Source of the DNA: an uncultured Chloroflexia bacterium
GTDB taxonomy: Bacteria; Chloroflexota; Limnocylindria; Limnocylindrales; CSP1-4
Direction: 5' to 3'
NCBI GenBank assembly: GCA_963720755.1
Contig: CAVRGP010000011.1
Location: 800,001 to 864,000 of the forward strand
DNA: 64,000 bases
How positions within the stretch are numbered: position 1 is the first letter of the stretch; each line of letters opens with the position of its first letter. The translations under genes and the position numbers were made by a program. The notes under the pieces are model-generated. The model saw nothing but the letters and a program-made list of their open reading frames with translations, made no database searches and was not told the origin of the DNA. Shown here in pieces: positions 41,821 through 50,400 of the stretch.

Positions 41821-41865
41821 CTGCAAAACCTCTATTCACCGGTTCGAATCCGGTCGTCGCCTCCA
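41821..41865 (+). repeat. att core, distal copy (3' half of tRNA-Cys)
   Basis: 45/45 identical to 31871-31915. Confidence 0.95.
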
Positions 41866-41878
41866 ATTCCTGAGCGTG

Positions 41879-41904
41879 AAACCGGGCCTTCTGGTCCGGT
41901 TTTC
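41879..41904 (+). terminator. Rho-independent terminator-like hairpin after the distal att
   Basis: AAACCGGGCC-TTCT-GGTCCGGTTT followed by TC. Confidence 0.6.
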
Positions 41905-42073
41905 CTAATTCACTGGTAGCAATCGTGGTAGCGACCGGCGTTCTGGGCGGTCCCGTCATAAGCAAAGATGCGGCTGGACGGGGGGTTTCGGGCCGTGACG
42001 CGCTCCCACGGGCGGAGCCGAGATCAGCGCTGGTGGTGCTTTAGGGCGCTCCGTCGTGTCGGCTGCTCATCTC

Positions 42074-42451
42074 CTAGCCGTCGACGTAGGTCGCGACGTG
42101 ACAGTCGTCGGCCGGGGCCACTCCGATGCCACAGCCGATCAGGTAGGTGCGCTCGGATCCGTCGGCGAGGCCGAGGACGACCACGAGGGTCATACCGCCG
42201 CCGCCAGAGGTCGGGTTGTACGGTTCTCCGTTGGACAGGCGGTAGTCGAGGGTGTAGGCACGACTGGTGGCAACCTTGCCGTGATCGGGTTCGGCGTTGT
42301 CGAGGAGCCGCTCGGCATAGGCGACGAAGGGTGTCGTGCCGTCGGCCACCTGGTCCCGTACGGGGTAGCCGCCGATTCGGACGATCGGCGGCGAACATCC
42401 GGCCAGGAGAACGACGGCGACGAGAGCGATGCGCAACCGGTTCTTCCTCAT
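42074..42451 (-). CDS. predicted small lipoprotein
   Basis: MRKNRLRIALVAVVLLAGC lipobox. Confidence 0.7.
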   Translation of the reverse strand: MRKNRLRIALVAVVLLAGCSPPIVRIGGYPVRDQVADGTTPFVAYAERLLDNAEPDHGKVATSRAYTLDYRLSNGEPYNPTSGGGGMTLVVVLGLADGSERTYLIGCGIGVAPADDCHVATYVDG

Positions 42452-42524
42452 GGTCTCGGAGTAGAGCACGGTGCCGGCCCTCACGTCACTAGGTCATTCC
42501 CTGCAGGCGAGTGGGCGAAGGTCA

Positions 42525-42752
42525 TCACGAAGTGATCGGCGACCGTCTCGCCGCCCGCTCCGCTTCGATCCAGTTCCAGCCCGCGTCCCAGTAGTCCCGG
42601 TCCCGCGCCAGCCCTCGCCGCTCAGCGTCCGCCTCCCAGGCTTCGCACCAGCGCTCGGCCGTCTCGATCGGCATCCCGGTGCCGGCCAGCGTGTTCCGGA
42701 CGGCCGCACGACGGGCCTCGTGGATACGCTCGGGATCGGGGTGGCGGGTCAC
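42525..42752 (-). CDS. 75-aa Trp-rich hypothetical protein (copy 2)
   Basis: Paralog of 39011-39229. -10 TAGTCT lies 7 nt before the GTG. Confidence 0.8.
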   Translation of the reverse strand: MTRHPDPERIHEARRAAVRNTLAGTGMPIETAERWCEAWEADAERRGLARDRDYWDAGWNWIEAERAARRSPITS

Positions 42753-42774
42753 GGGAGCCAGACTATCGACCCAT

Positions 42775-42802
42775 CGTGACGGGTTGGGTGGCGGAGTAGG
42801 CT
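42775..42802 (+). promoter_or_regulatory. conserved promoter, copy 2
   Basis: CGTGACGGGTTGGGTGGCGGAGTAGGCT, one indel and one substitution versus 39251-39279. Confidence 0.65.
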
Positions 42803-42859
42803 CCTGCCAACGAGCTCACGAGTCGATCGCAGCAGACGACCCAATACGGGAGAGGTCCA

Positions 42860-43372
42860 ATGCAGGACACGGCATCTCCGCCTTCACAACCTGTCGTTGC
42901 CCCGCCGCGGACGTTCGACTGGGCTGGGTTGGTGATCCTTCTGGCGGGTGGCCTGGCGATCCTCGGATCCTTCCTGCCCTGGATCCAATCGACCTCGCTT
43001 AGCGGCAGCTTCGGTCCGACCGGGCTTGACCTCGGCCGCGACGGCGTCATCTCGATCGTCCTCGGCATCATCATGGCCCTGTTCGCGATCGCGATCCTTG
43101 CCCGGAGCGGGCGACGAAACGTGGCGCGGGTCGGGGCGCTGATATGCGCAGTCGCGCTCGGCTGGTTCGCATGCATCGATATCGTGCATTTCAACAGCGG
43201 CATCGCGTTCCTTTACACCAGCATCGACGGCAGCCTCTACTTCATCGGGTCGTTGGGCCCTGGCCCGATCGTCGTAGCCTTGGCCGCCGCTCTTGGGGTG
43301 GTGGGTGTATTCCTGCCCGGTGGCCCCGAGGCTGTGGCTGGCCCGAGTGCCCAGCAGGCGCCACCCGGCTAG
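42860..43372 (+). CDS. four-TM membrane protein
   Basis: RBS GGAGAGG, ILGSFLPW motif, four hydrophobic helices. Confidence 0.75.
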   Translation: MQDTASPPSQPVVAPPRTFDWAGLVILLAGGLAILGSFLPWIQSTSLSGSFGPTGLDLGRDGVISIVLGIIMALFAIAILARSGRRNVARVGALICAVALGWFACIDIVHFNSGIAFLYTSIDGSLYFIGSLGPGPIVVALAAALGVVGVFLPGGPEAVAGPSAQQAPPG

Positions 43373-43533
43373 GTGTGCGGGTTCTGCCACAAGCCACTTA
43401 GTCCTGCCTGGATAGCAAGTGCGACCAGTGCAAGACCCCCTACGCCGAGATTCCGCCAGTTCTTCGTGCCACGCAAAGGCAGGAACCTGGCCGAGCTGCC
43501 GCCACGTAACCCCCTGCTAGGCGCCCCCAGCCC

Positions 43534-43596
43534 AGTCTCACGCGGCCCCCGGCTCCGCGTCCGGGCCGACGATCCGGCCGGGTGCGGCCAGTCGAG
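43534..43596. repeat. cargo-boundary hairpin, copy C (right end missing)
   Basis: AGTCTCACGCGGCCCCCGGCTCCGCGTCCGGGCCGACGATCCGGCCGGGTGCGGCCAGTCGAG aligns to 41307-41369. Confidence 0.8.
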
Positions 43597-43891
43597 TCGC
43601 ATCCGGATCGAGGCGGGCTCGCAGCGCGTCTCTTCGTTCGAGCCAGAGTCGACGCCCCAGTCCGTGGCCGCGGTGCGACGGCGCGATGATGAAGAACCCC
43701 ATGAACCCGAACCGGCCCGCGTAGGAGACGATCGAGCCGCCCCCGACCAGCTCGCCATCGATCTCGGCGGCGACGAAGCCCTCGGGGTCGGTCGCCCAGA
43801 AGATCTCGGCGTCGTTGCGTCCTGGATTCCAGCCCTCGTCCGCAGCCCAATCGACGAGGATGTCCAGCTCGTCGCGCTTCATGCGGCGCAC
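43538..43891 (-). pseudogene. 3'-truncated GNAT acetyltransferase (YitH-like)
   Basis: WAADEGWNPG, DPEGF, FGFMGFFIIAPSHRGHGLG. The frame runs into hairpin C after ~98 aa. Confidence 0.7.
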
Positions 43892-44008
43892 GATCAGGTC
43901 CGCACTCCCGTCGGGATCATCCCACGAGCGACTCGGTCCCGAGGGTCCCGATGGACCAGCCTCGAGATGCCGCCCCGGATGACGACCGGATCGGCGGGCG
44001 ACCCAGGG

Positions 44009-44284
44009 TCAGGACGCCCGGAGCATCCTTCGGCGGAGTTGTCGCACGGCGAGGCCCGACATGGCCACGATCATCGCGAAGACCGGTCCTGCCATGTTGC
44101 CGGCCATCGCGTGGAGCAGCACCATGACGACGAACATGCCCCAGAGCACCGTGCCCATGGCCAGGAGGACGTTTCGAGACAAATGTTCCCCTCCAGCAGC
44201 GAGGTTCGTGGCGACGCACCGCGTCGATGTCCCCGAACGACCGCTCCGTCCCGGCCACCGTACCCGATAGTCCCGGCAACGCAA
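44009..44284 (-). CDS. small two-TM membrane protein (start uncertain)
   Basis: VLLAMGTVLWGMFVVMVLL and PVFAMIVAMSGLAV helices. Confidence 0.5.
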   Translation of the reverse strand: MRCRDYRVRWPGRSGRSGTSTRCVATNLAAGGEHLSRNVLLAMGTVLWGMFVVMVLLHAMAGNMAGPVFAMIVAMSGLAVRQLRRRMLRAS

Positions 44285-44452
44285 GGCTCGATGGTCCCGA
44301 TGTGGTTCCCGGGGGCACCAGGAACCGGACCGGTCCCGGCCTTCTGGCGTCCTGCGGCCCCGGCCCGTCGCTGAATATCACGTCGCGGACCGCCTCCAAA
44401 CGCACTATGCTCCGCGGGTGTCCGGCGTGTTGCCGGCGAATCTGGAGCGGGC

Positions 44453-45217
44453 GTGGCCAGTATCGTCAGCGTCCACTCGTTTCGCGGCGGCACCGGGAAG
44501 TCGAACACGACCGCGAACCTGTCTGCATTGATCGCCAATCGGGGCCTTCGGGTCGGCGTCATCGACGCGGACATCCAGTCCCCCGGGATCCACGTCCTAT
44601 TCGGCCTGTCGGGCGATGACGTCCATGCGTCGCTGAACGATTTCCTGTGGCATGACCGCCCGATCCGTGACGTGGCGATGGACGTGACCGATCGAGTCGG
44701 GGTGACCGGAGGCGGACGTCTCTTCCTGATCCCATCGAGTATGGAGCCGGGCGAGATCACCCGCGTCCTGCGTGAGGGGTACGACGCCCAGCGATTGACC
44801 GGCGGTCTGCGCGACCTCGTGACCCAGCTGGACCTCGATGTCCTGTTCATCGATACCCATCCGGGGCTCAACGAGGAGACGCTCCTCTCACTCGTCATCT
44901 CGGACGCGTTGCTGATCGTGATGCGACCCGACCGCCAGGACTTCGAGGGCACGGGCATCACCGTACGCGTCGCCAGGGAGCTCGAGGTTCCGCGGATCAG
45001 CATCCTGGTCAACAAGACCCCAACGGATCTTGATCTCGGGTCGGTCCGAGATCGGGTCGCCGCGACCTATGGCTGCGAGGTCGCGGCTGTATTGCCGCAC
45101 TCCGACGCGTTGATGAGTCTCGCCAGTGAGGGTGTCTTCTCCCTTCGGTTCCCAGACCATCCACTGACCGAGGCGTATCGACGCCTGGCCGAGCACGTGA
45201 TCCCGGTCACGTCCTGA
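44453..45217 (+). CDS. MinD/ParA-family ATPase
   Basis: SFRGGTGKS deviant Walker A, VIDADIQSPG, IDTHPG, LVNK. Confidence 0.88.
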   Translation: MASIVSVHSFRGGTGKSNTTANLSALIANRGLRVGVIDADIQSPGIHVLFGLSGDDVHASLNDFLWHDRPIRDVAMDVTDRVGVTGGGRLFLIPSSMEPGEITRVLREGYDAQRLTGGLRDLVTQLDLDVLFIDTHPGLNEETLLSLVISDALLIVMRPDRQDFEGTGITVRVARELEVPRISILVNKTPTDLDLGSVRDRVAATYGCEVAAVLPHSDALMSLASEGVFSLRFPDHPLTEAYRRLAEHVIPVTS

Positions 45218-45219
45218 AC

Positions 45220-47424
45220 GTGGGCGGACCGCCCGGGAACTCCTCGACGCCCATGTTCTCGCGCGACCAACTGCTGGGCGGGATGCCGGCACGTCGCGCG
45301 AGCACGCTGCTGTTCGCGATCGAAGGTGAGACCGCTCGCTTGGTCGCCGCGTCACGGATCAATCGCGCCGGGTTCGTCGGCGAACGCACGACTGTGGAGC
45401 GCGAGCAGGATTTCCTCAAGGCGATGGCGACGGGCTCATCGCTGCCGAACCCGCCTTCGATCGCCGATCTCGAGCGCTTCTCGTCCAGTTGGGCAAACCT
45501 CGTGCCGGTCGGCGACGACCTTCGGGCGGCCCTCGCCCGATCCCTTGGATCGAAGTACCGATTTCGACGAGGCGACGTCCCCGGGATCCAGCTTGCCCTT
45601 GGCTTGTCCAGCCCGACCATCGCTGGCGCGTTCGAGCGGCTCTACGGCGCTCCGCTCGAGAGCATCTACGCATCGACCCTTCCGATCCGGGACCGGGCAC
45701 GATGGGCGCTATCGCGGTTCTCCGCCAGGTCCGACCGCCTCCCGCCGTTCTGGATCGCGTTCTTCCTGGCCCTGACCGAGACCCTCGGCGAGGGGATCCT
45801 GTCGGTGCCGCTGGCACTCGCGGGACTCGGCCCGCTGCCCGGCGTCATCCTCCTGCTCGTGTTGGGCGGGGTGAACCTCATCACCATGGGTGCGATGGCC
45901 GAGACGGTCATCCGGAACGGGAGCATGCGCTATGGAGCGGCGTACTTCGCCCGCCTCGTGACGGAGCTCATCGGGCGCGTGCCGGCTTCCGTCCTCGGCA
46001 TCGTCTTCGCGCTCGATGGCATCCTGGCATTCTGGTTCTACTTCCTGGGATTCGGATCCGTCCTCGCGGGCGCGACCGGCATCCCGATGGGGATCTGGAT
46101 CGCGGCGCTCTTCGCCATCAACGTGTTCATGCTCCGGAACGAGACACTGGATGACACGATCGCCTCGGCCATCGTGATCGGCACGGCGAGTCTGGCCCTG
46201 GTCGTCGCGATCACCGCGATCGCCTTGGTCAATGTCGTCCCGGCCAACCTCGCCTACGCCAACATCCCGTTCGTCAGCGGGCAGCCGATCGATGCCTCCA
46301 TCGTCGGGCTGGTCTTCGGGATCATCCTGATGGCGTTTTTCGGGCACACGTCGGCTGCGAATTCGGCCAAGCTGCTCCTCACGGTCGAGCCAAGCGGCCG
46401 TTCGCTCCTGTGGGGCAATCTCCTGGCGATGACCGTCGTGATCGTCCTGTACTGCATCGCGTCGGTGGCGATACTCGGCGTCGTCGGACCGGCGCCGCTC
46501 CTCGACACGAACGGGACCGCGATCACCCCACTCGCCGACGCCCTGGGTCCGGCGGTCAACGTGATGAGCGTGATCTATGTGGTCCTCGCGATCGGGATCG
46601 GTTCGCTGTACGTCACCCTGGGAACGTACAACCAGGTCGTCGAACTGCTCCCGCGAGGGTCCGAGCCGAATAGCGGGCGGCTGGCGAAGCTCGGTTCGAC
46701 CCGGCGAGGCCGCCAGCTCGTCGGATTTGCGCCGGCGGCTCTCGTCTGCCTCGCTCTCGAGGCCATCGTCCTCCTGGGACTCGACGACTTCGCCGGCATC
46801 ATCGGGTTCGCCGGGACGTTGACGGTGCCGATCATCACGGGCATCTTCCCGATGTTGCTGATCGCCGCGGCCCGCCGAAAGGGCGAGTATGTGCCGGGTC
46901 GGGTCATCGGAATCCTGGGCAGCCGTGCGTCGGTCGTCGTGCTCCTCGCGCTCTTCACCCTGGCGGTGGCGGCCCACGCGTTCATTTGGGACAACCCGTT
47001 CGAGCGCGCGGCCGCCGCGGGGACGAGCATCGTGATCGTGGTGCTGATCGCCTGGGTCTGGCGGGCTCGCGTCACGCTGCCTCGAGCGATCGTCGAGCTG
47101 CGGGTCGACCATCGGTTCCGTCGATCGATGCTGTCGACGACGGTGGCGGGGCGGGCGATCGAGCTGGAGACGCCCATCGGATCGGGGACGTCCGCGCCAA
47201 CCGCGGTGACGTCATTGCCGGCCGGTCCATGGCGTGAGATCCGCATCTGGCCGCATGAAGTCTCGATCGATGGCTGGTCGACAGGGCTGGCCGCGTCGGT
47301 CGAGATGGTGACCGATGGAGCCGTTGAAGCGCATGAACTGGAGCCTACGCCGGATCCCGTGCTCCTGCCGGTCGATGGCCGGCCGGTGACGATCCGGATC
47401 CAGATCAAGGGAGCCGCCGGATGA
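45220..47424 (+). CDS. amino-acid permease-like (APC) membrane protein with large soluble N- and C-terminal domains
   Basis: TETLGEGILSVP (TM1-like), AFFGHTS (TM6-like), about 11-12 TM helices. Start may be ATG 45253. Confidence 0.7.
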   Translation: MGGPPGNSSTPMFSRDQLLGGMPARRASTLLFAIEGETARLVAASRINRAGFVGERTTVEREQDFLKAMATGSSLPNPPSIADLERFSSSWANLVPVGDDLRAALARSLGSKYRFRRGDVPGIQLALGLSSPTIAGAFERLYGAPLESIYASTLPIRDRARWALSRFSARSDRLPPFWIAFFLALTETLGEGILSVPLALAGLGPLPGVILLLVLGGVNLITMGAMAETVIRNGSMRYGAAYFARLVTELIGRVPASVLGIVFALDGILAFWFYFLGFGSVLAGATGIPMGIWIAALFAINVFMLRNETLDDTIASAIVIGTASLALVVAITAIALVNVVPANLAYANIPFVSGQPIDASIVGLVFGIILMAFFGHTSAANSAKLLLTVEPSGRSLLWGNLLAMTVVIVLYCIASVAILGVVGPAPLLDTNGTAITPLADALGPAVNVMSVIYVVLAIGIGSLYVTLGTYNQVVELLPRGSEPNSGRLAKLGSTRRGRQLVGFAPAALVCLALEAIVLLGLDDFAGIIGFAGTLTVPIITGIFPMLLIAAARRKGEYVPGRVIGILGSRASVVVLLALFTLAVAAHAFIWDNPFERAAAAGTSIVIVVLIAWVWRARVTLPRAIVELRVDHRFRRSMLSTTVAGRAIELETPIGSGTSAPTAVTSLPAGPWREIRIWPHEVSIDGWSTGLAASVEMVTDGAVEAHELEPTPDPVLLPVDGRPVTIRIQIKGAAG

Positions 47425-50400
47425 GCGACGAGGCCGAGATGACGGGATTGGCTGCGGCGCGTGCGAGGATCGCCGAACTCGAGGCCGAGCACGCCGAGCG
47501 CGATGCGACCGCCCGGGTCAACGCGGCGCTCTACCGGATCGCGGAGACGTCCGCCGGGTCGGGCGATCTGCAAGCGTTCTATGCGTCGATCCACGCGATC
47601 GTCGCCGACCTGATGTACGCGGAGAACTTCTACATCGCGTTGTACGACCCGGAACGGGAGCTGATCAACTTCCCGTACTTCCAGGATGCGGTCGACCCTG
47701 ACATCCCCGACCCGTCCGGCTGGGAGCCGTTCGGGATCGGGAATGGCGGTGGGTTGACGGCCTTCGTCCTGCGGACGGCGCAGGTCCAGCACGTCCCGGT
47801 CGAGCGGCTCGAGCAGCTGGTCGCCGCCGGCGAGGCGACCAGCATCGGCAGCGACGGGACGGACTGGCTCGGGGTCCCACTCCAGGCCGAAGGACAGTTG
47901 CTGGGAGCCCTGGTCGTCCAGACCTATCGCCCCGACGAGGTCTATTCGGACGCGGACGTGGACCTGCTGGCATTCGTCGGGCAGCACGTCGCCACAGCCC
48001 TCTCCAGAAAGCGGGCGGTGGAGGAGATCCGCCGTCAGAACGCAGAGCTGGCCGTCGTCAGCGAGATCGGGGCGGGGTTGGCCGCCCAACTCGAATACGA
48101 CGCGATCATCGATCTCGTCGGGGACCGGATCCGGGAGGTCTTCGAGGCATCGAACATGTACATCGCCATGTACGAGGAGACGCGCGGCGAGATCCACTTC
48201 CCGTACGACTTCGTGGCCGGCAACCGCCAGCCAACCTTCCCGCCGACGGCCATCGGGGAGGGGCTGACTTCGGTCGTCATCCAGAGCGGCAGGCCACTGA
48301 TGGTGGGCACGACCGCGGATATGGACGCGATGGGCGCGATCGACGACGGCGGCGTTGAGACGGAGTCGTACCTCGGCGTCCCGATGGCGGTCGGTGACCG
48401 GGTGATCGGGGTGATCGCGATCCAGGATTTCGAGCCGAATGCCTACGATGAAGACGATGCGCGGCTCCTGAGCACGCTCGCGTCGAGCACGGCCGTGGCG
48501 CTTGACAACGCCAGATTGTTCGACGACGTGCGCCGTCGCGCTGCGGAGCTCGAGATCATCGGCCGGGTCAGCGATGCGATGGCATCGCAACTCGAGCTCG
48601 AGGCGTTGATCGAGCTCGTCGGCGAGCAGATGCGCGAGATCTTCGTCGCGGACATCGTGTACGTCGCGCTGCTCGACGAAGAGACGGGACAGATCGAGTT
48701 CCCGTACTACAACGAGGATGGGCGCAGGCTGGAAGAGACGCCGATGGTGCTGGGCGAGGGGCTGACGTCACGGATCCTCATCTCTCGTCAGCCGATGTTG
48801 CTCAACCGCGACGACCAGTTCGAGGCACTCGGGACCCGTGGCGTGGGAACGTTGGCGAAATCGTGGCTGGGTGTGCCGATCCTCGTGGGCGACCGTGCTA
48901 TCGGCGTCATCAGCGTCCAGAGCTCGACCCAGGAGGGCCGCTTCGGCGAGCGCGAAATGGCCCTCCTGACGACCCTGGCCGCGAGTGTCGGGGCGGCGAT
49001 CCAGACCGCCCGCCTGTTCCGCGAGCGCGAGCTGAGCGAGCAGCGCTCACTGCGCCTCGTCGAGGAGTTGCCGCTCGCGGTCTACACGGACAACCCTGAC
49101 GAAACTTCGACGTCGACGTACATGAGTCCGATCGTCGAGGAGATGTTCGGGTATCCCCGCGACGAATGGCTGCGCGAGGGATTCTTCGCCTCGGTTGTCC
49201 ATCCGGACGATCGTGAGCGGATCACCGGGCAGATCGAGGACGCGCTCGAGGGGTCGGGCCAGAAGGCATCCTATGAGTACCGGATCATCGCGGCGGACGG
49301 CCGGGTCGTGTGGGTTCGCGACGACGTCTGGATCGTCCGCGATGATGACGGCACCGCGCTGTATGCCCAGGGCTTCATGCTCGACATGACCGACCAGGTG
49401 CTGGCCGCCGCCGAGATCCGTCGTCAGAAGCAGTACTTCGAGTCGCTCGTCGAGATCAATCCGGTTGCGGTCGTGACGATGGATCGCGACGAGATCGTGA
49501 CCGGCTGGAACCCAGCCGCCGTGCAGCTGTTCGGATACGAGGTCGATGAGGCGATCGGAACCCATATCGACCGCTTGCTCTTCGCCGAGGACGATCTCGA
49601 TGAGGGTCGTGCCACGACGCTGGCCGCCGCGGAGACCGGGCGAGCCCAGCTGATCGGTCGCCGGTCGCGCAAGGACGGCACCCCCGTCGATGTCGAGATC
49701 ATCCTGGTCCCGCTCGTCGTTGATGGCGAGCACGCCGGGTACTACGCGATCTATCACGACATCACGGAATTGCAGGCGGCACGCAGCGAGGCGGACGCGG
49801 CGAACGCCGCCAAGGGCACGTTCCTGGCGTCGATGAGCCACGAGATCCGGACGCCGATGAACGCGATCATCGGGATGAGCGGCCTGCTCGTCGGGACGCC
49901 GCTCGACCCGGAGCAGCGCGACTACGCGGAGACGATCCGCGCCTCGGGCGAGGCGCTGCTGACGATCATCAACGACATCCTCGATTTCTCCAAGATCGAA
50001 GCCGGCCGGATCGAACTGGACGAGGCGCCATTCGGGCTCGGCTCCTGCCTGGAGGGCGCGCTCGACGTCATCGCGCCCGCGGCTGCCGCGAAGGGCATCG
50101 AATTGGCGTACTCGATCGATCCCGACCTTCCGTTCGCCCTGGTCGGGGATGCCGGCCGCGTTCGCCAGATCGTTCTCAACCTGCTGTCCAATTCGGTCAA
50201 GTTCACGGAGCAGGGTGAAGTCGTCGTGACGGTCACCGGGCGTCGTCTCGATCGACGGCGGGCCGGCGGGCGTTGGCAGATCGACGTGGAGGTCGCCGAT
50301 ACGGGCATCGGCATCTCGCCCGATCGGATGGATCGGCTGTTCCAGTCGTTCAGCCAGGCAGACGCATCGATCTCAAGACGGTATGGCGGGACCGGCCTGG

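Larger units (their letters stand above)
31871..41865 (+). mobile_element. ~10 kb integrative element (satellite/IME-like) in tRNA-Cys
   Basis: 45-bp att direct repeat, adjacent tyrosine integrase, excisionase, AAA_25 helicase, iteron cluster and small cargo genes. No capsid, terminase or relaxase recognised. Confidence 0.92.

Noticed and set aside
31871-41865. Prophage or ICE
   Set aside because: No capsid, terminase, portal, tail, lysis, relaxase or T4SS genes are recognisable in 10 kb.
41821-41865. Additional tRNA genes at 41821-41865 and 54454-54486
   Set aside because: Only 3' parts are present, with no D-arm or 5' acceptor strand. They are att duplications.
43370-43372. Programmed TAG readthrough (pyrrolysine) into the Zn-ribbon
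   Set aside because: A frameshift follows 13 codons later and there are no pyl genes in view. Decay is the simpler explanation.
40037-43596. Repeats as a CRISPR array
   Set aside because: The copies are 57-79 bp, degenerate, and separated by whole genes at irregular distances. No cas genes are present.
32085-43596. Classical integron (IntI + attC)
   Set aside because: The integrase is phage/ICE-type, sits at a tRNA att, and shows no IntI-specific insertion. The hairpins lack clear RYYYAAC/GTTRRRY ends. Kept only as an analogy.
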